Source: the human T2T-CHM13v2.0 reference genome, Homo sapiens
Strand: one strand, 5' to 3'
DNA length: 64,000 nt
Assembly (NCBI RefSeq): GCF_009914755.1
Contig: NC_060926.1
Part shown: positions 1 to 14,284 of the stretch, one piece after another
How positions within the stretch are numbered: the stretch's first letter is position 1
Layout: every line of letters starts with the position of its first letter
The notes under the pieces: model-generated
Databases searched by the model: none
The model's input: only the letters and a program-made list of their open reading frames with translations
Told to the model about the DNA's origin: nothing
Position numbers and translations under genes: made by a program

Positions 1-345
1 AGGAACTGGCTCATGCTATTAGGAAAGCCAGTCATGTAATTCAGTCCAAGTCTAAAGTCCTGAGAACCAAAATAAGCCAGTGATGTAAATCTCAGTCCAA
101 GGGCAGGAGAAGACCAAAGTCCCAGTTCAAACAAGAAGGCAAGAAGCAAAAAGTGGAAATTCCTCCTTCCTCCACGTTTTGTGATTGGATGATGTCCCTC
201 TACATTGAAGAGGGCAACCTATTTTACTGGGTCCACTAATTCAAACGCTAATTTTATCCAGAAACACCCTCACAGACACACCCAGAAATGTTTAATCTGG
301 GTACTCCATGGCCAGTGAAGTTGACACATAAAATTCACCATCACA
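1..345 (-). mobile_element. ERVL MLT2-family LTR (partial, runs off the window start)
   Basis: Ends in ...agttgacacataaaattcaccatcaca, the reverse complement of the MLT2 start TGTGATGGTTAATTTTATGTGTCAACT. Confidence 0.75.
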
Positions 346-784
346 CTGAGGTAACCGAATTTATTGGAAATTTTATTGAAAAGTAGAAACTTTAAAATCA
401 GGCCTAACCCTAAAACATCAGCCATCACACTTTGCCAATCTCGTATGTTACCTGCCTAGACTCTTCCCAAGGTCTTTAGCTAAAGGAAATCCTTTAGGAA
501 AAAAAAAATGGGATTTCTGGTGTGGAAGAGTCTGGGAGAACTGGACGTTCTCAGAAGATGTAGATTCTTTAGCTATTGGATTTACCAAGACCCCAAAGGA
601 CATGTTGGCCTACTTAACAAACAATCATTTAGGCCCTTCGTGTGCTAGACACTGTATGTTCATTGTTATGGCAGAAATAAACATGAAACCAAATTCTGCC
701 TCCTAAGAAGCTTATATTCCTCTGTATTTTTGTCTACCAAATATCACTCAATGGCACGCTATCCTAACAGAAGAATTTGGCTTA

Positions 785-942
785 GCTGGTGCAGTGGCCC
801 ATGCCTGTAATCTCAGCTACTTGGGAGTCTGAGGTGGGGGATCGTTTAAAAAGCCCAAGACTTTGAGTCCAGCCTGGGCCACGTAGCAAAACCATGGCTC
901 TGAAATAACTAAAATAATAAACTGTTCAGTTAATTAAAAAAA
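785..942 (+). mobile_element. Alu monomer (FLAM-like)
   Basis: Single-arm Alu sequence with an A-rich tail; flanking direct repeat aatttggctta at 774-784 and 943-953. Confidence 0.8.
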
Positions 943-1453
943 AATTTGGCTTAATGAAAGCAGCAACAACCTAACATTTATTAGGTGTAGGTTAGTACAT
1001 GTCTTATTTGGACCTATCTCAAGTGCGTACACAGTGTATTAAGGACTGCCTTGAATGACAAAAGAAGAGTGTGGATGGAAAAAGGAGCAGTCGGTAATCT
1101 ATTTTTAAGACCACTAGAGTTCTATGAACCACTTAGATATTATACTGGGCATTGTTTTTGTTTATTACCATCCCTTCCTTGGAGAACCCACCCCTTGCAT
1201 ATGTGGTGAGATTCTCATAGAGCTATTATCACACAGCCCCACCTACTTTGGCCATAGGAGTGGGCACATGAGTCAGGGTATTCAATCATGGCTCTCAAGG
1301 TGTAGTGCTTGGTCTAGAGATGCACATGTGGTCCAAATAGAGCCAATCAAAGTCCATTTCTGGGACTGCCATATGAACACAGTAGAGACAGCTATTTTTT
1401 TTTACTGTGATTTCTAACCAGGTACTACGGGAAACTTGCCCACCATGTGTTGT

Positions 1454-1591
1454 TGATAGGTGCAGCAAAGCAAACCACCATGGCACACGTATACCTATGT
1501 AACAAACCTGCATGTTCAGCACATGTATCCCAGAACTTAGAGTAAAATAAAAATAAATAAATAAATAAATAAAATGCAAAAGAAAAAAAAA
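1454..1591 (+). mobile_element. L1PA 3'-terminal fragment with A-rich tail
   Basis: caccatggcacacgtatacctatgtaacaaacctgcatgttcagcacatgtatcccagaactt followed by (TAAA)n/poly(A). Confidence 0.9.
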
Positions 1592-3990
1592 GTAAAAGTT
1601 AGGCTGAGTTCTGTTGCTTAGAACCAGGAGTCCTGACTTAAAAAAAAAACAAAAAATCTGTGTTGCCCTTAAACCTTCCTGGTCATCAGTGAATGAAGCT
1701 GCTTCCTTAAATCTCTGAGGTGACAAAGCACAAAGCAGAGGGCCTGGAGCAGAGCCTCTGCTCTTCATTTGCTGTACCCCATAAAAACAGCTATCTTGGA
1801 TATGAGTTCACTGTGTCTCCCAGGTCTCTTCCGGAAGGATTTGGAGCAATCTCTGCCACTTTCGGGCAGTATCAAGGATGTTGCTGAGGGCAGCATCTGT
1901 GGAATTCTAAGTATCCAAGGCAGTCTTCACCTCCCTACTAGCAATTTAAGCAGTTTTTCCATCAGGTCTTAGGACTTGACCCTTTTTCTTTGCTCTGGTT
2001 CTCTACAGATACTGAGCAATGACTTGAGATCACTGACCTAAGGTTTCTACCTCCACAAAGAGCAGTATTTCAGCTCACTCTTCTTGGTGATGAATAAATT
2101 GACTTCCAACTATGAATAATCTGAAAATAAGCATTTTGTGGACTCTCACTGACCATTGTTAAATCGGTAAGTCATTAATCAATTTCAATTACCTGGCACG
2201 ATGAGAGGGTGAGGTCTGAAAACTATTGTCATGGGTGATATGTGGTCTATGGTTTCTGAGTCTGAAATTCGGTTACTTAAAACACATGCAAAAAGTAGCT
2301 GAGGTTTCAGCCTCACAAGCTCTGATAATTTACCACTAAAAATAAGCATGTGCTCAAGAGACAACTACTATGTAAACACTCTCAGAAAGATTTTTCAGCA
2401 TCTGCATACAGAAGCTGTCATCCTATACCCAGAGAAGCTGAGGGCACAGCACACAAAGAACGCTTTATCTTTGGGGGAAGCCAGCATCTGCTGAGCATGA
2501 AGCAAAGGCAGGACAAAGGACTGCTTCTCTTATTCAGGCAGAGAAATGAAACGTGATTCATTGTTTTGTCTTAAGCAGTTGCACATTTATTGTTCCAATA
2601 TTTAGGGGCTAAATATTGGAGCTTGCCTTTCATTAGAAACTTAAGGCCTATCTTGAGTATCAAAGGTGCTTATTGAGAAGCAGAGATGTTCAACATGTTT
2701 TGTTCTCACTGAGTACGCAAGGCCATGTCCAGCATACTACTTGGCACTTAGTAGGCACTTAATTAACTGCATTTCTCACCCATCTTTTTATTAATACTGT
2801 TTTACCTTCCTTTTAGCAAATATGACTTATAAAAGTCAGAACTATATGGCAGGTAAATTTGGACACGAACACTATAAAATCAAAAGACTTTTTCCTTTAC
2901 CTTGGGATGATTTTAAATCTCAAGTCCCCTCACTCAGGGTGTATTTGAAATATAACAATATATGTACAGCTGAGCCATGAAATTTTTAGCATATGAAAAA
3001 CAGGACACACATTTGTGCATGCTGTTTTGTCCCCACCAGGATTTGCAAAGGGAGGGTGAGAAGAATTGACTGAAAGAACAGCTGTTTAGTGAGGCAGGAA
3101 GTTGAAACTATTTAACTTAAAATTAGGTTTGGGGATTATCTGAGGTCTTCAAAGAGTGATACGATTTGTATTCTTCATTATCACAAGTAAATAGGAGTAG
3201 GAGACTGTAGTGTGTGTGAATTTACTGTGTTGCGACAAGGAAGCCTCCAGAATCATCAATTCATGGATTTATGGGTTTGGAATGTGAATTTTTGCCATGG
3301 ATCTCACACTCTTCGTGATGATGATGAGTTGCTTTGGCCGACCCATCTGAGACACAGAAACTCCTGCCAAGATGAGGAGGTTGGGGAATGATATGTGGAT
3401 GGCAGGGAAAGCCATGCTGCTTGAAACTCTACTTACTCTGCTGGTTTGCAAGTCTGAAAGCCTAAGCTTGCCCCACAATATAGGTCAGACTTCCCAGAAT
3501 AAACCAGCCTTCCAGCTGAACCTCGCTCCTTGCCAGCCCACCCTGGCCCCATATGCTGCCAGGTTATTCACATCTACTACAACTAGATGTTGTAGTGAAA
3601 TACTCCAGGCCTGAACTTGAGCGTTCACAGGCATCTTTTAAATTTAGGCAGATGGTTTAGTTTCTTTTCTCTTATTTTGAGTTCATTTATGGTTTTGTGA
3701 TTTTGTATAATTACACATAACATTAACTAAGGAGGAGTAAGGTTTTTCATGGTTCCTAATTATCTAGGGTCTGATTCTTGCTTTTAGCACTTACATAATT
3801 ATAACTGACATTTCTGGCTAACTCCTTTCCATTCTTGCTCCCTAAATCGGAATTTATCAAGACTATCCCTTAATTCTAGTGCTCAGTAAGTCTTGTATAG
3901 GGAACTTAATGTCAGAAGCCCAGAATTTTAGAAACAATTCTGTGACTAATTAACTCCATAGACTTGAGTAAGTCCTGGACTCTAAGACCT

Positions 3991-4386
3991 TATGATGGTT
4001 CATTTTACGTGTCAACTTGAGTGGGCCATAGTGCCCAGATATGTGGTCAAACACTAATCTGGATGTTTCTGTAAGGGTGTTTTTGGATTGGTGGACTTTG
4101 AGTAAAGCAGATTGCCATTCATCATGTGAGTGGTCCTCATCCAGTAAGTTTAAGTCCAGAAAAGACCAAAAAGGCTAACTTACCCGCTTAAGAGTGAATT
4201 CTGCAGCAGATGGCCAGCCTTTGGACTTTGAACTGCAACATCAGCCCATTCCTCAGTCTCCAGAGTGCCAGCCCACATTGCAGATTTTGGACTTGCTAAC
4301 CTTCAGAAGCACATGAACCAATCCCTTAAAATCTCTCCCCCCACCACCAGTATTGATTCTGTTTTCTGGAGAACACTGACTAATGT
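3991..4386 (+). mobile_element. ERVL MLT2 (MLT2D-like) solo LTR
   Basis: Starts tatgatggttcattttacgtgtcaacttga and ends ctggagaacactgactaat, both typical MLT2 termini. Confidence 0.8.
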
Positions 4387-5324
4387 AACCCTATATTTTT
4401 TAAATTATGGGAGAAACTAAATCCATTCTGCAGACATCACAGCTGATCCGAAGATCTAAAGAAAACATACATGCAAAAAAGATGTAAAATAGGTAATGTA
4501 CTGAACAAATATAAGGATTTATTTCAGTAAACCATGAACTTAAGAATTTACAGTGAAAATCAAAAATTTACTTAAAGTCGAGCAATTAGAAATTTCCTTT
4601 TCTGCAAATAGCCCTTCCATGAATTTTACAGTCCTCTCACTTTTCTCCTGAGTCATATTTTTTACTCAGAGTCACACATAAACGATGGATATTTTCATAC
4701 CACAAGTGAACCACCTTTTCCACGTTTCTAAAGCTTAATCTCTTTTACAGTGATGAGCAGAAAGCCAACAGAATTGATGGGTCAGTAGGCTCATCCATTT
4801 ACCTGATAACCAGCCTTGGACCTGAAATCCAACCTCATGGTCAAATAATTCTGCTTGACGCCCCCAGTCTACATATTGACATGTTTCTCTCCTGTAGCTG
4901 ACAAGGTGTGTGCTAAATATTTGCATGCAAAGAGTTGATTCCAAAATGCATCTTTGTTGTCTTGTCCAACTTGGCTTTCTGGTTGCTAATGCTGTTTTGT
5001 CTGCTGGGACTCCACACCCTGCCTGATCATTCTTTTATGGTAACCTTTGCCCAGCTCAACCCACCACCACTGGCCTCTATTCACAGGTCCCTCTCCCTAC
5101 TCTAATCCCCCACCGCCCTTGCCTCCAACTAAGAAGCCTTACAAACTTGCCAGAATGTATCAGCCTTGCCCCTGTGACCTCTCTTGGTCCACACTGTTCC
5201 ATTTTAGTCTATATTTTTATTATATTTAAAGTAAATTATTTGAATTTCTAACAAATTTTTGATATTTTCTACTACAGTAAACTCTTCAATATTATTTTCT
5301 TTTGAACTTGGTAAGCAATCTTTT

Positions 5325-5570
5325 TATTTTATCTTTTGGCATTAATATTACCTAACAGAAAAATGCACAATCATAAGTCTACAGCTCAATGAATTTTTCA
5401 CAAAGCAAACATACCTGATGTGTAGCCAGCAACCACATTAAAAGATAGAACATTATCAGTACCCTAGAAGCCCCTTTTGTATCCCCTTCCAGCTATGACC
5501 TCTCCCTAAAGGTAACCACTATCTTGACTTGCCTGTTTTTTAACTTCATGAAGATGGAGTCAAACACTGT
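5325..5570 (-). mobile_element. Old L1M 3' fragment, resuming near 6052-6107 after the nested LTR
   Basis: tacagctcaatgaatttttcacaaag...gaacattatcagtaccctagaagccc...aggtaaccactatcttgactt is typical antisense L1MC/ME 3' UTR. Confidence 0.7.
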
Positions 5571-5576
5571 TACAGT

Positions 5577-6051
5577 TGTCATGGATGTGTGCCACTCAGA
5601 TGTCCCTTCAGGAGAAAACCTGCAGCAAACAGTGCAGTGAGCCCATGGCCTTTAGCTATTGCACTATTGGGATCCATTGCAGAATTCCACCAAAACCACA
5701 CTCTTCCTAGGTTGCCCCCAGCCAATGACTGGGCATGGTAAAGGCACCAAAGCCAAGCTATTGCCGGCCAACATGGGATCCCCCTGTGGGCAATCTTTGC
5801 TCTAGGGATCCCCATCAGCTTGGCCAAGTCTTTCTCAGAGATGTCCTCCAGTCTAAGATGCCTCCTACCTAACCCTCCTTCCTCCTCCCTTCTTCTTCCC
5901 CACTCTCCTTTCATAGGTGTCTGACTGGTATTGCTGCATGATGGCTCTCCCTGCCTGTATCTACTTCCTCTCTCCGTTATTTTTTGTAAGGTATCTCTTG
6001 GCCTTCAATTATCTATTGGTGTCTGCTTGCTAGAAGAGCTGCACTGAGCCA
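5577..6051 (+). mobile_element. LTR16-family (ERVL) solo LTR nested in L1M
   Basis: TG...CA ends; contains ccactcagat...cccagccaatgactgggcatgg and ggtgtctgctt...gaagagctgcactga. Confidence 0.65.
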
Positions 6052-7185
6052 AGTTTTGTGTGTCTGGCTTCTTTCGCTTAAACTTAAATATGTTGGATTC
6101 ACCTATGAGCAATCCTTTTATTAAAAAGTCTAATTATGCACCAATAAGGCTATTAAAAGTATATTTATATATGTTAAAATTTTAGAACTTACTGTAGACT
6201 CTTTTTCATCCTTGTGATTCATCTACTCTCCCAACCACCAGCCTCCTTGAGCCTCAGTCAAAGATCTAGCAGCCTGCAGTACATGTCTGATAAGAACACA
6301 GCCCAGAACCAGCTCAAAACTATCAACAGCTCATTATTCATATAACAAACATTAATACCTACACTGTTCCGGGCATCGGGAGGGACGTGCCTTGGCATGC
6401 CAAATAACTTCCAGATTTAGTAGCCTGGATATAGACGACCCTATGATGTGGTTCCAGTCTGCCTTTTTGGGTGCATCTTCACGTACCCCATAATCACTCT
6501 TGAAGGTGTGTGTTCCTTCATTCCAGAGATTCCTTAGGGCTTCCCACTTGTGCAGGACCAAACTTCAAGGCAGGTCTGGGCAAGACTGGAGTCCCTCCCT
6601 GATTGTACCCACAAAGTCAGAGTCAAGCTTTGACTTCAGCCTTCACACAGCATTTGTGATGCTGGTAATTAATACTGGAGAAAGGCCTTGGCTATAGTGG
6701 GGAAAGCACTCGGCTGAGAACTTAGAGTTCAAGACTCTGTTCTTCCACTTACTCTTTGTGATATGAATGAGTCACTTAATCTTTCTGAGCCTCATTTGTA
6801 CAATAAAGAGATCAAACTAGATTGATCTAAAGTCCTTTATTGCCTTGTTTAAGATTCTATCCTAAATGGTTAAACAGAGAAGGCAAGACAGTTCTTGTGC
6901 ATTTGGCTACATAAATGAGCCACAACATGTACTTTATGGTTCAGTTACTTTCATTTTGTTGTTTCCTAGGATATAATCTTCTGGGCTGCCTTGTCCCAAA
7001 TACTGGGTAACCCTGCTCTCCATCTGGTACCTATTCTGTGGGCATTGCAGGGACTTTCATTTCCTGTATTCCAGTCTGGAATCTTTGAGACCCCTAATTT
7101 CAAGTTGGAAGGGGATAAAATTGGCCCTGCATTTCTGAATTTAGAAAAGTTAAACATTCTTTAGTCCATTTGTGTCGTGAACACG

Positions 7186-7219
7186 TACACACACACACAC
7201 ACACACACACATCACACAC
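7186..7219. repeat. (CA)n microsatellite
   Basis: Direct reading. Confidence 0.95.
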
Positions 7220-9116
7220 TCCAAACAATGTAATTAATATGTAACAAATGCCGTGCATAATGATAACATTGATTTTAACTTGTAGATTTATACAATTGAG
7301 TCATTATACTATTTTATACGTAAATCTACAAATTTTGATTGTAAGAAATAAAATATTGAGAATTCTATTACTGCAGGATTATTCATTTCAAAATATATTT
7401 CTGATTTTGAATTTCTTCCAGTGATCTAAAAACATTTAAAGAATTTTTTTGCTTTTATTTTAAATATGAATTCCTTTTGACTTGGTCATCTATCATCTGA
7501 GGTTCCTAGTTTTCCTTTGAATTAAATTCTATGACTGAATTTGTAATCCCTGAAAATAGTAGTTAAAAATGTAAGCATCAGCAACACATACAAAATCCTT
7601 CTCATGTTGAAATGTTTACTATTAATATGTGTGATTATGCAATACTTTAAGCACTTAATAGTACTTGAAAGATTTTGTCTTCAAATAGCTCTAATATTCC
7701 CTAGAGTTTTAATTCCATTTTCCAAGGATATTTACTTGCTGTTTGAAAAATGGTTAAAAAAAATCCTAGATGAATATGTGACCAGAAATTTAATAAGTCT
7801 CTTTAAGTTTAATAAAGGGCAAGGAAAGAAAGGAAACTAACATTTATTATGTATATATGTGCCAACTTGTGTGCTAGGTCCTGTCATATATAGTCTCTCC
7901 TTTTATTATGGGCAAAAAGCTTAGAGCAAAGCAAAGGAAAACTACCAATGAACTTTGTGGATTTAACAGAAGTGTGATGATTTTACTGAATTTATGCAGA
8001 TATTTTCCAAAGCCTACTTTAAGTTCAAATTGATAATGAGCATTTATTTGAACTCCTTGAAGATATCACCTCTGGTGTATAATTAAAATGAAACCTCCTG
8101 GGCTTACCTTAATTAACTAAAAATGAGTGCAGCATTTTGACCTTCTATTTCTCCTATTCTGTCATGTTAGTATGATATTAAAATTACATTTTACTTAGTT
8201 CCTCTTTGTTCAGATTATTTTCTAAAAAATCTGAGAACAGATTTGCATTAGGTGTGATATGTTCTTCATTGAGTGTTGCAAAAATGAATTTCATTTGTAT
8301 TTAACAGACTTCATTGACATAAAGTAAGACATTTTTAGGTTACTTCTAATTCAAGTTTTTAATTGTTAATGAATCTGTAGCAAAAATAGCAATTTTTTAA
8401 AATAATAGCACTTAAAAGGACCCATTTGTACCTCTAAAGTGTACTGAAATTGTCCGAGCATGTGATCATCAAATATAAATTACTGGAGGGGCAAAAATGT
8501 CTTTTATTCTGATTCACAATGAATAGTCACTAATACAAAAGATTTTAAAAATCCATCGTTAAAAAAAAAGAAAGAAAGCCTTGCCCCTTCCAGGAGCAAT
8601 TTGTAGAAGGTATAGTGTAATAAGGCATTCTTCAATTATGCATGAGTAGAAAAACATGGATAAAAGCATTTTCGGGAGTTGCCATATACTATTTTAGTTC
8701 CCTAAAGTGGAAATTTAATAAATGGTACTCAAGTGACTTAAAAGAGTCATATTATTAATAACAATTATAAACATTTGGGAGCATAGAACCATCACACTAG
8801 TTTCTCATTTGATTTGCACAACAGCCCAGTAAGTTCTCTGTCATTATCCCCATTCCCTGTTTACAGGTGATATGGTTGTTAGAGGCTGGACAAGATAAGA
8901 ACATTCCCAGTAACAGATCTTGAATCCCTGTCAGCCCCCTTTTCCAAGAGGTCTAATTGGAAGCATCAGCGACACATTATTACATTTATATAATACATAT
9001 GTAATACATATGTTAATGTATTATAATTATACATTATTATTTACTTTTGTTATATCTCACCTACATTCAACTCCTGTTTGCTTAGCCAAACTCAAGAGAT
9101 TGTGTAGATTGTAGAC

Positions 9117-9300
9117 CAGTACTTCTAACGTGAACCTGTGAAGAATCGCCTATAGAGATTGTTAAACCACAGACTTTCAGGCACAAACTCCAAAGATTCT
9201 GATTTAGGAAGGCTCTATGAGACCCAGAGTTTGCATTTTTACAAGTTCTCAGGTGATGCTCCTGCTGCCAGTCCAAGGTCTACTCTTTTGAGTAATACAG
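9117..9300. mobile_element. MER5A (hAT-Charlie MITE)
   Basis: gattctgatttag...tttgcatttttacaagttctcaggtgatgct...gctgccagtccaagg. Confidence 0.75.
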
Positions 9301-10270
9301 GTTATAAGCTACTGGTTATGTTGATCATTTACTTATTTTAAATGTTTTAAGTTATTTATTTAATGTAGTGCCTAATAAAAGAATAGATTGCTAAAGCCAC
9401 AAGGCCAGCAGGTCAGCAATAATGGCTTTAATACTAACAGGGCCAGTTGGCATGATTATGAGTTGTGCAGTTCTAGAGGCTGTTACTCACATAGTCTACA
9501 ACCTGCACAACTGTCCACTGCATCCTTGAGTGGTGAATATATTGTTCCAGGAGTAGGGGTGGGAGGAAAAGAGGCAGAGAAGGGCAGGAAATAGTATTGA
9601 TTTGGCCATTAGATTTTGGAGATTTTCCATATCCAGGAATGTTATTATAGCCCATCTAATCAAGCTGATTTGGGGTCAGAATGTGTATCTAAAAAGAGAA
9701 TCTGAGATCAGCTTTGGAAGTCAGGGTTTTGGGAAGAATTGAAGTTCATATAGTACTATGTGGGATCCAGGAGACAAAGAGCATCACAAAGTTGGGGAGA
9801 AGATCACACTATCATTCTACTTATTTCTACACAGAACACTCAGTGACTCTGGTGGAACAGGCCCCTGGCAGCATCAGGAGACAGTGCCAAGGCACCATCA
9901 GTGAGGATCCTAGCAGCAAAGGAAGTGTAAAGATGCTTCCTTTGAGTGCCTGGCAAATAACTGTTTCCCTCACAAAGGCAGGGTCAGAAGAACTGAGTCA
10001 CCATGAGACACCAACTGGGGTCTCCAGGGTGGAGGGGACCTTCAAGGAGACTCCAATGGGGGATGGAGCTAAGATCTCAGGGCAATGCAGGTGGGAATAT
10101 AAAGCTTGCCCAATATTATTAATAACATAACCTCTTTCACGCTCACAGGCTGGTAAGCTCTGAGGACATCCAAAAAAAAAAAAAAAGAAATTAAAAATGC
10201 CAGCAATTATAAGAATACAGATTGCATGCATTCCCACCCCCTGCACACCACACCCCCCCGCCACACTGCC

Positions 10271-10577
10271 TTTTTTTTTTTTTTTTTTTTTGAGACGGTG
10301 CCTTGCTCTGTCACCCAGGCTGAAGTGCAGTGCTGTGATCACAGCTCACTACAGCCTCAACCCCCAGGTTCCAGCGATCCTCCCAGCTCAGCCTCCCAAA
10401 TAGCTTGGACTACAAAAACATGCTACCACACCCAGTTAAATTTTTGTTTTTGTTTTTTTGTAGATATGGATCTAATTACATTGCCCAGGCTGGTTTCGAA
10501 CTTCTGGGCTCAAGCAATCCTTCTGCCTCGGCCACCCAAAGTGTTGGGATTACAGGTGTGGGCTACCACGCCTGGCC
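10271..10577 (-). mobile_element. AluJ-like element
   Basis: Poly(T) followed by the antisense Alu dimer ending cctggcc. Confidence 0.93.
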
Positions 10578-11169
10578 AAGCATTCCCTTTTGTGATAGGA
10601 ATATCTTTGTTATTTTACTATGTCACACACCATGAGCAATTCACTTTTCTTTTTTTTTTTTTTTTTTTTGCAATTCACTTTTCTAATTTATCTCTGCTTC
10701 TCTAAATCTCCACTTCACAGACACTTTAGTTTGTTGTGAGGTTATGACATCCGACACAAACCCACAGTCCAGTGAGTGTGAGGGCAGCAGGCGAGCAAGT
10801 TTGCCTAAGCTCAGCTCGACTAAATTGTAGAGGCCATTATCTGCTCCTCACAGCGTTTCCTCCATGGCCTGTAGAGTGGGAAAATCCACTTTTTTGAAAG
10901 TAATGGGAAGAGAGTGTCTGTCCTCATTCCACCTCACTACTCCTCCCCAAGGAAGGAATAATGTATATGTGAATTTGGAGAAAGGAACTGAACTGCTTCT
11001 AGCTTAGTCCTTTCTGCTTTTGATATGACTAGCCCCTGGGGAAATAAACATTCTCCTCATTTTCCAAGAAGGGGTTTGCCCTCCATGGGAGAGAGTCCAT
11101 AGTTTTATGGTGGTAGCTGGGTGGCTAACCTAGTTCAGAACAATTTGGTTGCTGTTTCAAGCTGCATTC

Positions 11170-11577
11170 TTCCATCAGGGTCTCAACAAGAAAAAGATGG
11201 CACACTCCAATTAGAAGAATTTGAGAAGGGTATATTTTCAAAGGGACCGTTGACAAAGATGGGAGCAGAGTGTAGCAAAAGGACAAAGGATAACACCAGG
11301 ACAGAGCTGGTGACAGTAGAGGATAGGGAGAGATTACCAGGGCCTCGAAATAGAGAATCTATAGAAAGGTCACCTTGAGAGGAGCTGTGAGCTTCAGAAT
11401 GTAGAGCAGTGACCATTGATCAAGGGACACAGCTAGCCTGGGGCAATCATACAGGAAGAAAGTCAGGAAAATAAATACCCTAGTGCCACTCTTTTTCATT
11501 CCTCTCTTCTCCCACCAGGGCTTCCTATTGGCTGAATCCAGCCAGAAGCCAAGGGTAAAGGAACCCATTGATATAGT
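11170..11577 (-). mobile_element. LTR33-like ERVL LTR, copy 1
   Basis: ggaaaataaataccc...cctattggctgaatccagccagaagccaagggtaaaggaacccattgat resembles the recalled LTR33 consensus. Confidence 0.6.
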
Positions 11578-12058
11578 TGTACAATATATGATGAAGGCTC
11601 CCCCACGTATCACCTTGGCACTGCCCATTGACATTCATGCCTACTCAATGGCTTCTAACTGAAAGCACCTGCAACTCTTTACTTGATGGATTTCCTAAGC
11701 CAGTGTAATGGACTTGACCTGTACACGGAGCAGCTAAAGGTCCCTGATGGGTAGTGAATTCTGAAAGCACTCCTCAACCAATGACTGATAGGAGTTGGAG
11801 GATAGCCACCACAACTCCTTGCCCCTCACAGGTTATTCCAAGTCATGTTCTACCCATTTCCAAGAGTTCACCAGTAGGACCAAGCTTCAATTGTCCACAG
11901 TGGCAATGCTTGATATCATAGTCTTTATTAGGCTTCATCTCCTTCCCTGTCTCACTTCTCATTGCCCTACCTGTACTTCTAAGGATTCCCATCTAAATAA
12001 GCTATTTTACTCAAGTCCTCAATTTAGGGTCTTCTCTGGGTTCACCCAGACCATGCCA
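11578..12058 (+). mobile_element. LTR16C-like solo LTR
   Basis: ctaactgaaagcacctgcaactct...cctcaaccaatgactgataggagttgg...ccttccctgtctcacttc...ctcaagtcctcaatttagggtc. Confidence 0.65.
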
Positions 12059-13857
12059 GAAGAACATATAGGGCAAAAGAATCAGTAAATATCTATAACA
12101 ACCTAATCATGTTATTTAAAAATATGGAGGATAATGCCAGAAAAATCAGGTAAAACAATTCAAAGTGATTGCCTCTGGTGCGGGGCTTTGGGATAGGGAT
12201 AGAGAAACAGGTGGCCAAGGAACAACTGGTGTTTGTTAAAACTTTGTAGTAATATTTGATGGTTTGATGTATGTACATGTATTTATTTTACAAAAATAAA
12301 ATATAATATTAAAATATGTTTTTGACTTGCAGAATAGGAGCAGCAATGGAGTAAAAGAAAAATAAAGAAATACAAACTGATTAAGCTGGAGGGAGAAAGA
12401 AATTTTCTTGGGAGAAATGTGATCTTAGTGGTCAGGCTAGAAAACTGTGAAGAGAAAAATGAGATACTGGAGGCCAAACTTAATCTACCCAATATGGAGA
12501 GGGATATGCAACTGAGTCTAACTGCTCATAAATACGGAAGTATAAGACAGGGTGAAGTTTTAGTCATTACTGCTCCTTGAAAGGCAAATGGGGCTCAAAA
12601 GAAATGTAAAAGAGAAAGAATGAAAATCTCAGAGGGCAAACTGGAATGGCATCCCTTGAGAGATTTCAGAGGCAATAAGTACTGAACAGCATTCTCTAAA
12701 GCCATAAATAGGATGCCCATAAAATTGCAAACTGGGAAGTACACCTTGGAGAATGAAATGGCTTTACTAAGCAGTAACAGAATACTTGGACGGCTTTGAG
12801 AGGAAATGATGAAGATCAACACAGAATATGCAAAACATCATTAGGTGGGTAAATTTCATGGTGACCCACTTCTTGTAGCAGGAATCCAGATATTGTCTGT
12901 CCTGTGAGAGAAAAAACTCCAAAAATTTATAGAATCAAGAGGTTCTGCTTCTAGGAATGGCTGAATAAGCTCCTGTTAAACCATAGATAAAAACTACAAA
13001 ATTTAGGAAAAATATAATAACACGACAATCCGAAGGCATAGAGAGTGAACAAAAAAAGGCAGATTTTGGAAGGGTGTAGCACAAGGAACAAGCAGGTGGT
13101 ATGGGGTGAGCTTCCCACCTTTATGGCTTTAGTCCAGGGATTGGCTGCAGTTGGCACCATGCAGAGCAGCTAGAACTCTGATAGAAAATCCAGTTGTTCT
13201 GCCCTGGAGAAGCAGAAGACAAAAAGTGGCAGAATTCAGCTGTAAGAAAGTAAAAGAATTATCCCAGAAAGTATTTAGAGAGATGGAGATCCAAATAACT
13301 ACATACATCTTTGCCTGACCCCTGAAGTTTAGATAAGGATAAAAGAACTGGACTGAGATTTGATCTACCACTCAAGAAACAGAGTGTGAAGTTTGAGTCT
13401 AACCAAATTAATTGCCTGACTAAATCCAAATGAGAAAAGAAAAACACTCTTCAGAGGAATTTAACACAATTCAATTTCTACAGCATAATAATCATGATAT
13501 CTAGGGTATAATCTAAGATATCCGACACATAAAAACTAGTAAATTATGGCCCATTCTGGAGAGAAACGCCAGTCAACATGAACCAAACCCAAAGTGATTA
13601 AACATTAGAATTAGCAAACAAGAGGACAAGAGTTTTAAAGCAACTATTAAACAACAGTCAGTGAGATACAGGAAAATATAATCAAAATGAATTAAAAGAT
13701 AGGAAATTTCAGCAGAAAAGCAGAAACTATAAAAAGGGCAAATAGAAATTCTAAAACTGAAAGGTAAAATTCTTGAAATAAAAAATTCACTCGATGGAGC
13801 ATAAGTTTGACTGAGGAAAGAGAGAATTTTTAGATTAATAGAAAGTATCTGATCTAA

Positions 13858-13946
13858 CCCAGGAGGTGCAGCTTGCAGTGAGCCGAGATCGCGCCACTGC
13901 ACTCCAGCCTGGGTGACAGAGCGAGACTCCGTCTCAAAAAAAAAAA
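13858..13946 (+). mobile_element. Severely 5'-truncated AluY-like insertion
   Basis: gcttgcagtgagccgagatcgcgccactg plus poly(A); TSD agaaa(g/c)tatctgatctaa at 13840-13857 and 13947-13964. Confidence 0.9.
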
Positions 13947-13974
13947 AGAAACTATCTGATCTAAAGAATAGGCA

Positions 13975-14284
<310 letters not shown>

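Noticed and set aside
8972-9045. AT-rich quasi-palindromic stretch
   Set aside because: Low complexity makes repeats and stems expected; no defined boundaries.
10197-10705. ORFs with [11 protein letters not shown] / poly-Phe motifs here and at many other sites
   Set aside because: These are translations of Alu elements.
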